Source of the DNA: an uncultured Gammaproteobacteria bacterium
Lineage (GTDB): Bacteria; Patescibacteriota; Microgenomatia; Levybacterales; UBA12049
Reading direction: 5' to 3'
DNA length: 64,000 bases
Assembly (NCBI GenBank): GCA_964637955.1
Contig: CAZWXQ010000006.1
Span: forward strand, 26,926-90,925
This document shows positions 19,246 to 28,895 of the stretch, in pieces. Position 1 is the first letter of the stretch; each line of letters starts with the position of its first letter. Below the pieces are notes generated by a model that was not told the DNA's origin, did not search any database, and worked only from the letters and a program-made list of their open reading frames with translations. The position numbers and the translations under genes were made by a program.

Positions 19246-21405
19246 ATGGAAAAAGATAGAGTAATACTTGAGATCAAGACTTCGAGAGTAAGTGAAGAGA
19301 CGACTGAGTCTATGGTTCAATTTTTAGCTTCGCTTACTGGGCTTCGGAAGCGGTTTATGCTCATGTGGAAGCTGGGGCATCCAATTAGCCTCGAGATAGC
19401 CATGTTTAACCAGACTATTCACTTCTACGTAACATGCCCAGCTTCACTAAAGACATTTATAGAAGGCCAGCTTACAGCCGCATATCACAGATCACTTATT
19501 GTAAATACAAAAGACTATATGCCTGAGATTCTTACCAATAAATCAACACTTGCTACGGGGCAAATGAAGCTTAGTTCAAGCTATCTCTATCCACTTAAAG
19601 TCTACAGTGAATTTAAGGATGTGGACCCATTGGCTTCACTTCTTTCATCTCTTTCAAAGGCCCAACCAAATGACAGAATAGTTATTCAATATCTTTTAAA
19701 TCCTGTTGGATCGAGTTGGCATAAAAGTGGAGAACGCCAAATGAATAGAAAGACTAAAGACGCTGCTGGAGTAGAGCATGCCAATCCTCAAGCAAAAATT
19801 ATCGGAGAAAAAATTGCGTATCATGGATTTAAGACTGCTGTAAGAATAGCAGTAAATTCTTCATCCTATGAAAGAAGTAGGTCCTTGATGTATGAAGTTG
19901 CGAATAGTTTTTCTTCGTTTAATAACCCGGGAGGAAATTCTTTGTCATATAAAAAACTTTATCTTTGGCAGAAAAATAGATTTATAAAAGCGATAAACAG
20001 GAGGAGTAAAAGGTTCGCGCCCTCAACTCAGATTTTAAATATAGAAGAAATTGCGACACTTTTCCATTTTCCTACAGAACAACTTTCTAAAGTTCATTCT
20101 ATTTCATGGCATAAGGTAGTTCTTTCAGAGCCGCCTGAAAATTTACCTATTGCTGAGGGTCTCTCAGAAGAAGAGAAAGCAGATCTTAATTTCTTCGCTT
20201 CCACGGAATTTAAAAATAAACAGACTACTTTCGGAATTAAATCTAAGGACAGAAGAAGACATGTTTATATCATCGGAAAAACTGGAGCAGGAAAGTCTAC
20301 TCTCATTGCGAATATGGCTATAAATGATATGAGAAACAAAAGAGGATTTTGCATCATTGATCCGCATGGAGATTTGTGCCAGGTCTTACTAGATTACATT
20401 CCAAGCTACAGAGTAAATGACGTAATTTATTTGGATCCTGCGGATCGAGAGAGATCATTTGCGATAAATCCACTTGAAATAAGTGAGCCGCATCAAAGGG
20501 AGCTAGTAGTTTCAGGAATTGTATCGATTTTCAATAAACTTTACGGCCATTCTTGGGGTCCGAGGCTCGAATATATACTTAGAAATACCTTGATGAGTGT
20601 AATCGATATGCCGGATGCGACACTTCTTATGGTGCCTGAAATGCTTTCAAATGATGCATTCCGAGCAAAAGTGGTAGCAAATTTAACAGATCCTGTTCTA
20701 AAAAGTTTCTGGGAAAACGAATTCGCCAATTACACAGATAAACTTAAGGCAGAATCTATAATGCCAATCCAAAATAAAGTCGGGCAGTTCGTAAGTAGTA
20801 CTGTTATTCGAAATATAATTAAGAGTCCTAAGTCCACAATTGATCTTCAAAAAGTAATGGATGAAGGTAAGATTGTTTTAGTTAATTTGTCACAAGGACA
20901 GCTAGGGGAGGATAACGCAGCACTTCTTGGCGCAATGCTTATTACCAAGATTCAGTTGGCTGCTATGAATAGAGTAACTCAAAAGGAAGAGGATAGGCGA
21001 GACTTTTATCTTTATGTTGATGAGTTCCAGAACTTCGCCACGTCATCATTTGTTAAAATATTGTCCGAGGCTCGCAAGTATAGATTGAATCTTATATTGG
21101 CTAATCAATATATAGCTCAGGTGCCTGAGGATGTCAGGTCTGCGATTTTCGGAAATGCCGGAACTATGATGTCATTCCTTATCGGAGCTGAAGATGCACC
21201 TTTTATGGCGAAAGAATTTAGTGAGAGGTTTGAAGAAAAAGATCTATTGTCTCTAGGAAACTACCAGACTATCTTAAAGCTTGCAATCGATAACATAAGT
21301 CAGTCTCCATTCCTGGCTCAGACTCTGCCTTTGCCGCGATCTGTTACTCAGAATAGGGAAAAGGCGATTCGCTCTTCAAGAGAGAGGTATACGAGACCGA
21401 TATAA
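19246..21405 (+). CDS. VirD4/TraG-like (type IV coupling protein / HerA-like) ATPase
   Basis: Walker A GKTGAGKST, IIDPHGD, Walker B LYVDEFQNF, LSEARKY...LANQY. Confidence 0.85.
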   Translation: MEKDRVILEIKTSRVSEETTESMVQFLASLTGLRKRFMLMWKLGHPISLEIAMFNQTIHFYVTCPASLKTFIEGQLTAAYHRSLIVNTKDYMPEILTNKSTLATGQMKLSSSYLYPLKVYSEFKDVDPLASLLSSLSKAQPNDRIVIQYLLNPVGSSWHKSGERQMNRKTKDAAGVEHANPQAKIIGEKIAYHGFKTAVRIAVNSSSYERSRSLMYEVANSFSSFNNPGGNSLSYKKLYLWQKNRFIKAINRRSKRFAPSTQILNIEEIATLFHFPTEQLSKVHSISWHKVVLSEPPENLPIAEGLSEEEKADLNFFASTEFKNKQTTFGIKSKDRRRHVYIIGKTGAGKSTLIANMAINDMRNKRGFCIIDPHGDLCQVLLDYIPSYRVNDVIYLDPADRERSFAINPLEISEPHQRELVVSGIVSIFNKLYGHSWGPRLEYILRNTLMSVIDMPDATLLMVPEMLSNDAFRAKVVANLTDPVLKSFWENEFANYTDKLKAESIMPIQNKVGQFVSSTVIRNIIKSPKSTIDLQKVMDEGKIVLVNLSQGQLGEDNAALLGAMLITKIQLAAMNRVTQKEEDRRDFYLYVDEFQNFATSSFVKILSEARKYRLNLILANQYIAQVPEDVRSAIFGNAGTMMSFLIGAEDAPFMAKEFSERFEEKDLLSLGNYQTILKLAIDNISQSPFLAQTLPLPRSVTQNREKAIRSSRERYTRPI

Positions 21406-21608
21406 ATTATTATTCTTTTCTCCGAGAAAAGAATCAAAAGCTCTCGTCAGTTCTTGATTTGTGCTTTCAAGTATTTGCTCATTTATCGGGTGATTTCACC
21501 CCCTCCTCAACAAGTTTGTGAGGAATCCCCCTGATAATTCGCTCATGCTTTCATGCACAATTCTGCGAAATTGACGAAATTTAATATTAGTATTTCTGGA
21601 ATTGGGTA

Positions 21609-21634
21609 TAAAAAAAGCGCCCGCAGGCGCTTTG
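21609..21634 (-). terminator. Intrinsic terminator
   Basis: AAAGCGCC-TGCG-GGCGCTTT followed by T-tract on the minus strand, after the 21652 gene. Confidence 0.8.
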
Positions 21635-21651
21635 ATTCGCTTAGAACGAAC

Positions 21652-22356
21652 TTACTTGCTTCTTCTTCTGAGGAATAATCCACCAACTGCTGCTGGAATA
21701 AGTCCAATTAAAGCTAGTGATTCTGCTCCTGTTGAAGGAGTTTGAGTCATTTTAGGTGCAGGCATAACTGGAAGTCCACCTTTAGTTGTAGTTGTTTGTT
21801 CTATGCAGAATTGTGAATTATCACGACTTTCGTCTTTACCGAAAGTAACAGATGCTTGGTTAACTACGCAAACAGTGTTTTGAGTGTTTGGAAGTGAACC
21901 TGCTCCTTTAACTTTAGCAACAATTATAAATCGCTTTGTTTCGTTTGAGTTAATATTTTCAATTTTATATGTAAGTTTGTTGCTATTTGAATCAAAAGTA
22001 CCAGGTCCAGAAACAAATTCTACATAATTAGGTAAGTAATCAGTAAATGTTACTTCATCTAATTTAGAACTTCCAGTGTTTGTAACGCTAAGTTGGAATT
22101 TAATTGTTTGTCCAGGAGCATATTTTGGATCATTGATTGTAAGATTATCAACATAAACCTCTACATTGCCTTTAGTTTTTGTAGGATGTAATACTTTTTT
22201 ATCTAGAACAAACTTATTTGAAGTTTCACAAGTTTCTCCACCACCATAAATTGGCTGACAATCAATTGTTCCATATCCGCCATTTGAAGTAGCAAAAGCA
22301 TTGCCAGTGAAGGCGATAAACGCGAAAGCTGTTAATGCAAATATTAATTTTCTCAT
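21652..22356 (-). CDS. Secreted DUF11-like protein with LPxTG-like C-terminal anchor
   Basis: Signal peptide; PGQTIKFQLSVTNTG...DYLP..VEFVS; C-terminal TPSTG plus hydrophobic helix plus RRRSK. Confidence 0.7.
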   Translation of the reverse strand: MRKLIFALTAFAFIAFTGNAFATSNGGYGTIDCQPIYGGGETCETSNKFVLDKKVLHPTKTKGNVEVYVDNLTINDPKYAPGQTIKFQLSVTNTGSSKLDEVTFTDYLPNYVEFVSGPGTFDSNSNKLTYKIENINSNETKRFIIVAKVKGAGSLPNTQNTVCVVNQASVTFGKDESRDNSQFCIEQTTTTKGGLPVMPAPKMTQTPSTGAESLALIGLIPAAVGGLFLRRRSK

Positions 22357-23013
22357 AAATAAAATTTAAAAAAGCAATACGTTTTTATGTATTGCTAGAT
22401 TTATAAACGGCATTCTAACACACATTATAGGACATGTCAAGTAATTAATAAAGTTGATTAATAGTTGGAAAATCTCAAATATCAAATGTAGATTTCAATT
22501 TATAATATATATAGTAGGAAAGAAACCATTACTATAATATAGAACTAAAAAGGGGATTAAGGATTTTTTTGATGGAAATTGTTTCTCTTTTTATTTTATG
22601 TAGATTGTTTTGTTTGTTGATGTCTATAGAATGAATTGATTTTGTTGATTTTATGCACTTGCATTTTAATTACCTTTCGCGGAAATTGTAATTAAAGTAC
22701 TGCGGGCTGAAGATACTTTCTTGCACTTGTCTCGCCTTACTTCGTAATTGCTCACTAAGTACTGCGTGGTGAAGTTCAATTGTATCTCCTTGCCCTTTAA
22801 CTACGTTAAAGGACTGCGAAGTAAGTTTGCAAACTTACTTCTTGACAACAAATAGGTCCATATGATGTAATACAACTACTTCAGCCGCGGGGCGGCAACT
22901 TTAAATTCCAGTTTTAATATTTTCCCAATGATATATTTCAGTTGGGATCAAGCTTTATGCTTTAACAATTTTCAATGGTAATTATCTGCCAGTATTTTTA
23001 ATTTAAATTTTAT

Positions 23014-24393
23014 ATGCCAGTAAAGAAAAAAACACCAAAAGAAGAAGAGGATATAGTATTAGAGCCTTCATCTTCCGAAGATAAATCGGAAAAATCAGAG
23101 GAGGCTAGTAATGCTGTGGATTTGGTAGGAACTGCTAGTGAGGAAGTCAAAGAGCCAGAGGTAAAAGAATTAGAATCTCAAGAGCCAATGACTGCTCCTC
23201 AATCAATTCAGGCTGAACCTGCACAGTCACAGTATTCAGCGCCTGCATCAAATGGATACTCCAATTTTAGAGAGCCAAGAATAGAGCAAGCTTATGAAGT
23301 ATCAGGATATTTAGATATCCAGCCAGAAGGTCATGGATTCTTAAGACCTAAATTTATTCCTTCACATAAAGATATCTATATTTCTCAATCTCAAATTAGA
23401 CGCTTTATGCTTAGAAGTGGAGATTTGATTGAAGGATTGGGTCGTCCTCCAAAAGACACAGAACGTTATTTTGGACTACTTAAAGTGGAAAAAGTAAATG
23501 GAAATCCAGCAGATCAATCAATAATGAGAGATTATTTTGATGATCTCACAGCAGTTTATCCAAAAAAGCAGGTAGTTTTAACGACAGGTAAAATGCCACT
23601 TTCAACAAGAATTATTGATCTTATGGCTCCAATTGGATTTGGACAAAGAGCAATGATCGTTTCTCCACCTAAGGCTGGAAAAACAACTATTCTTAAGGAG
23701 ATCGCAGCAGGAATCTCACAGAATTTCCCACAAGCTCATCTTATGGCAGCTCTTGTAGGAGAAAGACCAGAAGAAGTAACTGATATCGCAAGCTCTGTAA
23801 AAGGTGATGTAATAGCTTCAAATTTTGATGAACCACCTGAGAATCAGACTAGAGTGGCTGAGATTACTCTTGAGCGTGCAAAGAGATTGGTTGAGTCAGG
23901 TAAAGATGTTGTTATTCTCTTAGATTCAATTACTCGTCTTGCAAGAGCATATAACTTGGCAGTAGCTCCATCCGGAAGAACTTTATCAGGGGGATTTGAT
24001 CCTGCAGCTCTTTGGCCTGCAAAGAAATTCTTTGGAGCAGCAAGAAATTGTCAGGAAGGTGGATCTCTAACTATTATCGGTACTGCGCTTGTAGATACAG
24101 GCTCTAGGATGGATGATCTTATCTATGAAGAGTTTAAAGGAACAGGAAATTCAGAAATTCATCTTGATAGAAGACTAGCCGAGAAGAGAATCTTCCCAGC
24201 GATTGATGTTGAGAGAAGTGGAACACGTCAAGAGGAATTGATTTTATCACCAGAACAGCTTAAAAAGACAGTTACTTTAAGACGGATGCTTGGAATGCTT
24301 GGAGATGGGGGAGAAGCGACAGCGAGTTTAATTGAGCAGCTTCAGAAAAAAGAATCAAATGATGAATTCCTCGATTCATTAGGAAAAGGATAG
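23014..24393 (+). CDS. rho: Transcription termination factor Rho
   Basis: GHGFLR, DIYISQSQIRRF, PIGFGQRAMIVSPPKAGKT, LLDSITRLARAYN, EEFKGTGN. Confidence 0.98.
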   Translation: MPVKKKTPKEEEDIVLEPSSSEDKSEKSEEASNAVDLVGTASEEVKEPEVKELESQEPMTAPQSIQAEPAQSQYSAPASNGYSNFREPRIEQAYEVSGYLDIQPEGHGFLRPKFIPSHKDIYISQSQIRRFMLRSGDLIEGLGRPPKDTERYFGLLKVEKVNGNPADQSIMRDYFDDLTAVYPKKQVVLTTGKMPLSTRIIDLMAPIGFGQRAMIVSPPKAGKTTILKEIAAGISQNFPQAHLMAALVGERPEEVTDIASSVKGDVIASNFDEPPENQTRVAEITLERAKRLVESGKDVVILLDSITRLARAYNLAVAPSGRTLSGGFDPAALWPAKKFFGAARNCQEGGSLTIIGTALVDTGSRMDDLIYEEFKGTGNSEIHLDRRLAEKRIFPAIDVERSGTRQEELILSPEQLKKTVTLRRMLGMLGDGGEATASLIEQLQKKESNDEFLDSLGKG

Positions 24394-24400
24394 AGCTTTT

Positions 24401-24455
24401 GTATCATCCCAAATTTATTTCGGGATCTAGTTGCTGAAACAAGTTCAGCATGACA
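24401..24455. repeat. REP-like double-hairpin palindrome
   Basis: ATCCC-AAATTTATTTC-GGGAT plus TGCTGAA-ACAAG-TTCAGCA. Confidence 0.55.
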
Positions 24456-24507
24456 AGAGAATTTTGTTTGACTCATATCTTTTGTTTTGTTAAAATTTTA
24501 GATTAGT

Positions 24508-25644
24508 ATGTTCAAAAACTTACTGAAAAAGAACCCTCTCCTTGCCAAGAACCCAATTGATCGTTTTATTCTTCATTTCTCCCAATTTAGTGCATTTTTC
24601 TCTCTTTATCTTAAGCATAAGATTGTATTTTTTTCTCGCCACTTTGAAAAGAACAAGAATCGATTAGTGAAATTTTTTATGATGAAAAGAGGCCGATATG
24701 CAAGACCTTTTTTGCACATCTCAGCGATGGGAGTTCTCGTAGTTGGAATAATACTTTCGCCTTTGATAGGTGAGAGTTATCCTATTTTTTCTCAGGGAAA
24801 TAATTCATCCGCCCAAGCCCAAGCTCCTCAGGAGTCAATAATCGTTGGAGATAATGTATTTTCGACCAGTGTGTCTCAGAAGCCTCGTGACAAAATTATT
24901 ACTTACACAGTCCAAAAAGGAGATACTCTTTCAACGGTTGCTAGAAAGTTCGGTATTTCAGTTGAGACTCTCCAGTGGGAAAATGATTTAAACGGAGAAA
25001 ATATTTCAGTGGGAGATGATCTTCGAATTCTTCCCGTAACTGGAATTGCATATAAAGTTTCACAAGGAGAGACTATCTATTCAATTGCAAAAAAACTTGA
25101 TACTGAGCCTCAGAAGATCGTCGATTTCCCATTCAATGATTTTGAAAACCCTGAAACTTTCTCATTGGCTTCAGGCCAAATCCTTATCGTGCCTGACGGA
25201 GTTAAGCCTTCAGAGCAGCCTACATATGTAAGACCAAGACAGCCAATTTACGTTCAGGGACCAGCTTCTGTTAGTGGATCTGGATTTGCATGGCCACTTA
25301 GAGGTGGTGTTAGTCAGTATCCCTCCTGGTATCATATGGCGCTTGATATAACCTCAGATGTAGGAACTCCAATAGTGGCAGCCACAAACGGAACAGTTTC
25401 AAATGTTATAACTGGAACATATGATGGGGGATATGGAAATAATGTCTATATAAGTAACGGTGGAGGAGTTCAAACGCACTATGCTCATATGTCTCAGGTT
25501 TATGTTAGCCCAGGTCAGAGTGTAACTGCTGGTAAGACAGTGGTTGGAACAGTTGGACTTACCGGAAGAACAACCGGACCTCATTTGCATTTTGAAGTAA
25601 TCCAAAATGGTGTTCTTGTTAATCCGCTTGGCTATTTACAATAA
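24508..25644 (+). CDS. LysM + M23 peptidoglycan endopeptidase
   Basis: Two LysM domains (YTVQKGDTLS..., YKVSQGETIYSIA); HMALD, YAH, TGPHLHFEV. Confidence 0.92.
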   Translation: MFKNLLKKNPLLAKNPIDRFILHFSQFSAFFSLYLKHKIVFFSRHFEKNKNRLVKFFMMKRGRYARPFLHISAMGVLVVGIILSPLIGESYPIFSQGNNSSAQAQAPQESIIVGDNVFSTSVSQKPRDKIITYTVQKGDTLSTVARKFGISVETLQWENDLNGENISVGDDLRILPVTGIAYKVSQGETIYSIAKKLDTEPQKIVDFPFNDFENPETFSLASGQILIVPDGVKPSEQPTYVRPRQPIYVQGPASVSGSGFAWPLRGGVSQYPSWYHMALDITSDVGTPIVAATNGTVSNVITGTYDGGYGNNVYISNGGGVQTHYAHMSQVYVSPGQSVTAGKTVVGTVGLTGRTTGPHLHFEVIQNGVLVNPLGYLQ

Positions 25645-25701
25645 AAATCCTTTGGAAGTTGGTTTAATATTTCTAATATTGAAGGAAGTCATGTGAATTT
25701 T

Positions 25702-25774
25702 GGGCTCATAGCTCAGCTGGTAGAGCGCTTCTATGGCATAGAAGAGGTCAGGGGTTCGAATCCCCTTGGGTCCA
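25702..25774 (+). tRNA. tRNA-Ala(GGC), CCA not encoded
   Basis: Cloverleaf; anticodon loop ATGGCAT; G3:U70 pair; GGTTCGAATCC T-arm. Confidence 0.95.
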
Positions 25775-25810
25775 CATTTTTCAACGATAATATATTTATG
25801 GAGATTTTAT

Positions 25811-27031
25811 CTAAGCTTGATTAAAAATATCAGCAAAAGCTGGCATCGCAATTTTTTGTAATATTTCTAATTCCTTCATTTTATGATTTATTTGAGCTTG
25901 AGTAATTCTAGTTTTCTGTAAATTGTGATTTTCCTCTGCTTTCTGCTCTAAAATTTCGATTTCATCTTTGCTCAAATTTCTGTTTCTGACAGAAGATAAT
26001 TGACTTGCATCCATTGTAAAGAATAAATCAGTTTGTACCATGTCGTTAAATCCGGTTCTCGGATCTGTACTTGTACTTACATCACTATTTGTTGCAAATC
26101 TTCTATCTTCAAGGAGTAAATAACAATTTGCAAATAACTTATCTCCGTCCTCAACTAATTGTTTTATTAATACTCTTCTTACTATACCTTCAGGTGAGGT
26201 GGCATATCTTATATCTCCAGCTTCAGGCGGTGCTTCTTCTTCAGGGTATTTAAATTCAGGGTATTCAATTCTTTCAGTAGGTTGTCTGCCCATTTTAACA
26301 AGCTGTTCAGAAGGAACAACTAATGGAATAATTTCACCAGGTCTTCTTCTGCTGTATTTTCGATTAAATTCAATACTTTTCTCCTGATTTTTAGGTGTAA
26401 AACCGTTTTTCCATCTAAGTAAGTTGTAAACAAATGTATCTCTTGAATAATTAGTTTCTAGTCTAGGTTCAGTACCTATCCATTGATTACTGGATAGAAA
26501 ACCTTCCATATCTGTTCTTGGTTTTCCAAATAAGAATTCTCCTGTCCTTTCTCTGTGTTGCAATAAAATTTGAGTCCAATCTGCTATGTTTCCGATAACA
26601 ACATCTATTTCATCGGAGTCAATTGGGAGTCCTTCTAAATATGTAATTGCTAAACTATTACGATTTCTATCCCTGCTGCCTTTTCCATAGAATTTTGTAG
26701 GAAGAATTCTACTTGTGCTTACAGGACGACGAGTGCTTAAGCGACCTGTAGAATTTTTTGTTATGTCATAAATTAGGTCCAAATCTAAGGCAACTTCAGA
26801 ATGCATAGAAGGTAAATCAAATGAATTATTGAGAACTGGACCTTTTGTGGTTAATCCTTCACCTCTTAAGTCATTTACAGATTTGCTTTGAAGTTCAAAT
26901 ATCATGAACCCGGCTTCCTCTAAAGCTTTTCTTGCTTCAGGGGTGAAGCGGGTTATTCCATCGCCTTTTATTTCCTGAGCTCCAATATCTTGCGTGTCGG
27001 TAACTGGTAATATATCAATTTCTCTTTCCAT
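25811..27031 (-). CDS. Hypothetical protein (406 aa), probable MerR-regulated gene
   Basis: Long ORF, no recognisable motif; 19-bp-spacer promoter upstream. Confidence 0.7.
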   Translation of the reverse strand: MEREIDILPVTDTQDIGAQEIKGDGITRFTPEARKALEEAGFMIFELQSKSVNDLRGEGLTTKGPVLNNSFDLPSMHSEVALDLDLIYDITKNSTGRLSTRRPVSTSRILPTKFYGKGSRDRNRNSLAITYLEGLPIDSDEIDVVIGNIADWTQILLQHRERTGEFLFGKPRTDMEGFLSSNQWIGTEPRLETNYSRDTFVYNLLRWKNGFTPKNQEKSIEFNRKYSRRRPGEIIPLVVPSEQLVKMGRQPTERIEYPEFKYPEEEAPPEAGDIRYATSPEGIVRRVLIKQLVEDGDKLFANCYLLLEDRRFATNSDVSTSTDPRTGFNDMVQTDLFFTMDASQLSSVRNRNLSKDEIEILEQKAEENHNLQKTRITQAQINHKMKELEILQKIAMPAFADIFNQA

Positions 27032-27061
27032 AATTTTGACTTCTTATTTAGAAGTTTGTAT

Positions 27062-27092
27062 ACTATAAACTATGACGCAACGTCAAAGTCAA
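27062..27092 (-). promoter_or_regulatory. MerR-type promoter/operator
   Basis: TTGACT-N19-TATAGT on minus strand with dyad TGACG-N3-CGTCA (27073-27085) in the spacer, overlapping the regulator start codon. Confidence 0.8.
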
Positions 27093-27920
27093 GGCAAAGT
27101 TTTAGATGATTCAGGCACAAATCTTATAAGTATCAGAGAATTTGCTCAAATTTGTCGTACTACTCCAAGAACTATAAGGTTTTATGATCAAAAAGAATTA
27201 TTAAAACCCAGGTACATTGATAAATGGACAAGTTATAGATATTACGATGTAGAGCAGGTAAAAGACTTTCTTATGATTAAATTTATGCAGAATTTCCATA
27301 TCCCTCTTTCTCAAATAAAACTAAATTTACAAATAAAATCAAATGACTCGTATTTAAAAGAACGTTTAGTTGGTTTAAGAAATGAAATAGAGGAGAGTAA
27401 AAAAGAAATTGAATTCTTAGAGAAAATTCACACATTGTTCTTTGATGATAAAAATATTAAAAATATATTTAAGAAAGAGGAAATTGGGCCATTTTATTTG
27501 TTTGGTTGTAGGTTTGAAAAAACTTCTTATGATCTGATCGATAAGCATAGGGAAAATGTGAGACAGGAAGCAGGAAAGCAGGGTATTAAATTCAATAAAG
27601 ATCTTGTCGTATATTTAGATTCGAAGTTTAAGCCAAAAAATACTAGTATCGAAGTTTATGTAATTTGCGAAAAAGATTATTCAAGTAATAAATTTTTAGC
27701 TGAAAATTATATATATAAGTTTTTTAATAAAACTAAAGCTTTAACGTATGATTACCAAGGTCCTGAAATATATTTCATCATAATTTATCAGAGATTATTT
27801 TATTTACTTAATAAGATTAAGATTAAGATGAATGATAATAATTTTGAAATTTATGAAGGTGCAGGGGAAAAGAGTTCAATTTATGCTTTTGAAGCAAAAT
27901 TAATTTTTCCTGTAGGCTAG
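27072..27920 (+). CDS. MerR-family regulator with probable GyrI-like effector domain (BmrR-like layout)
   Basis: ISIREFAQIC.TTPRTIRFYDQKELLKP...YRYY HTH, coiled coil, C-terminal YQGP segment. Confidence 0.88.
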   Translation: MTQRQSQGKVLDDSGTNLISIREFAQICRTTPRTIRFYDQKELLKPRYIDKWTSYRYYDVEQVKDFLMIKFMQNFHIPLSQIKLNLQIKSNDSYLKERLVGLRNEIEESKKEIEFLEKIHTLFFDDKNIKNIFKKEEIGPFYLFGCRFEKTSYDLIDKHRENVRQEAGKQGIKFNKDLVVYLDSKFKPKNTSIEVYVICEKDYSSNKFLAENYIYKFFNKTKALTYDYQGPEIYFIIIYQRLFYLLNKIKIKMNDNNFEIYEGAGEKSSIYAFEAKLIFPVG

Positions 27921-28148
27921 TGTATTTACAATTATTGCTTTTTAAAAGTTTTTACTATATACTGCAATTGGTGCCCATGGAAACTTCATAAGTTCTCTGG
28001 GGAAAGAAAATGTTGTTCTCAGAGAATACCTCAGATACATACTATATCATCTCAAATCGAGAGTTTTTGTTTTGTTTTCAAAATAGAAACTTGTAGAAAA
28101 ATACTCGTTTTCCCAATTAATGGGATATTGCGAGGAAAGTGAGCCCAG

Positions 28149-28214
28149 TGCTTAGATCAAAGATCTAAGTATAAGTAACTCTAAAGCTCACTCTGTTCGC
28201 TAAAGAGTTACTAA
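28149..28214 (+). promoter_or_regulatory. Fourth copy of RNA motif 1 in the long leader of the zinc-ribbon gene
   Basis: Hairpin-TAA-GTAACTC-TAAAGCTC-loop-TCGCTAAA-GAGTTAC-TAA. Confidence 0.6.
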
Positions 28215-28285
28215 TACTAAAGTATAAGATTTTACTAATCTTTTTCTTCGAAAAAGAAAGCAAATCTAAAAAGGAGGTGAAAAAT

Positions 28286-28356
28286 TAATTTTCAATTTTA
28301 ATTTTCAATTTTCAATTAATTTTGAATTTTGAATTTTAAATTTTAAATTCGAAAAT
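28286..28356. repeat. AT-rich heptamer element between SD and start codon
   Basis: aattttc/aattttg tandem units between AAGGAGGTG (28271) and ATG (28357). Confidence 0.65.
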
Positions 28357-28752
28357 ATGGCATTTCAAGATCAAACATTAACATGTAGAGATTGCGGACA
28401 GCCTTTCGTATGGACAGCGTCAGAACAGGAATTTTACCAATCAAAAGGATTTCAAAATTCTCCAGTAAGATGTCCAAAAGATAGAGCTGCTAAAAAAGCG
28501 AGAATGGATGGTGGAGGACGAGGTGGTCCAAGACAAATGTATGAAATAACCTGCTCAAATTGTGGCAGAAAAGATTCAGTTCCATTCCAGCCAAGAGGAG
28601 ATAGACCAGTACTTTGTGGAGATTGTTTCAGGAAGCAAAAAGATGGTGCTCCTATGAACGCAGACAGAAATAATCATTCAGACAATAATGACACTGTTGA
28701 AGCTCCAATGGAAGAAACTCCAATGGAAGAAGAGCAGCCAAAATCTGAATAG
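28357..28752 (+). CDS. Zinc-ribbon / CxxC-x17-CxxC domain protein
   Basis: CRDCG.PF.WTA.EQEFY..KGF.N.P.RC and CSNCG...VPFQPRGDRPVLCGDCF. Confidence 0.9.
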   Translation: MAFQDQTLTCRDCGQPFVWTASEQEFYQSKGFQNSPVRCPKDRAAKKARMDGGGRGGPRQMYEITCSNCGRKDSVPFQPRGDRPVLCGDCFRKQKDGAPMNADRNNHSDNNDTVEAPMEETPMEEEQPKSE

Positions 28753-28778
28753 TTATTTTCAAAATAACAACTATATTT

Positions 28779-28840
28779 TCCCGCATCTTTGATTTGATAG
28801 TTTTATATCAGGTCAAATTAAAAAAAGATGCGGGATTTTT
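28779..28840. terminator. Long hairpin terminator between convergent genes
   Basis: TCCCGCATCTTT...AAAGATGCGGGA followed by T run. Confidence 0.7.
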
Positions 28841-28895
28841 AGTGGCTTAAAATAGGACAATTCTATTTAGGTATTAGGAAAATTAGATTAATTTA

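Noticed and set aside
19246-21405. Conjugative element
   Set aside because: Stand-alone VirD4/TraG-like ATPase; no relaxase or other T4SS genes in the window.
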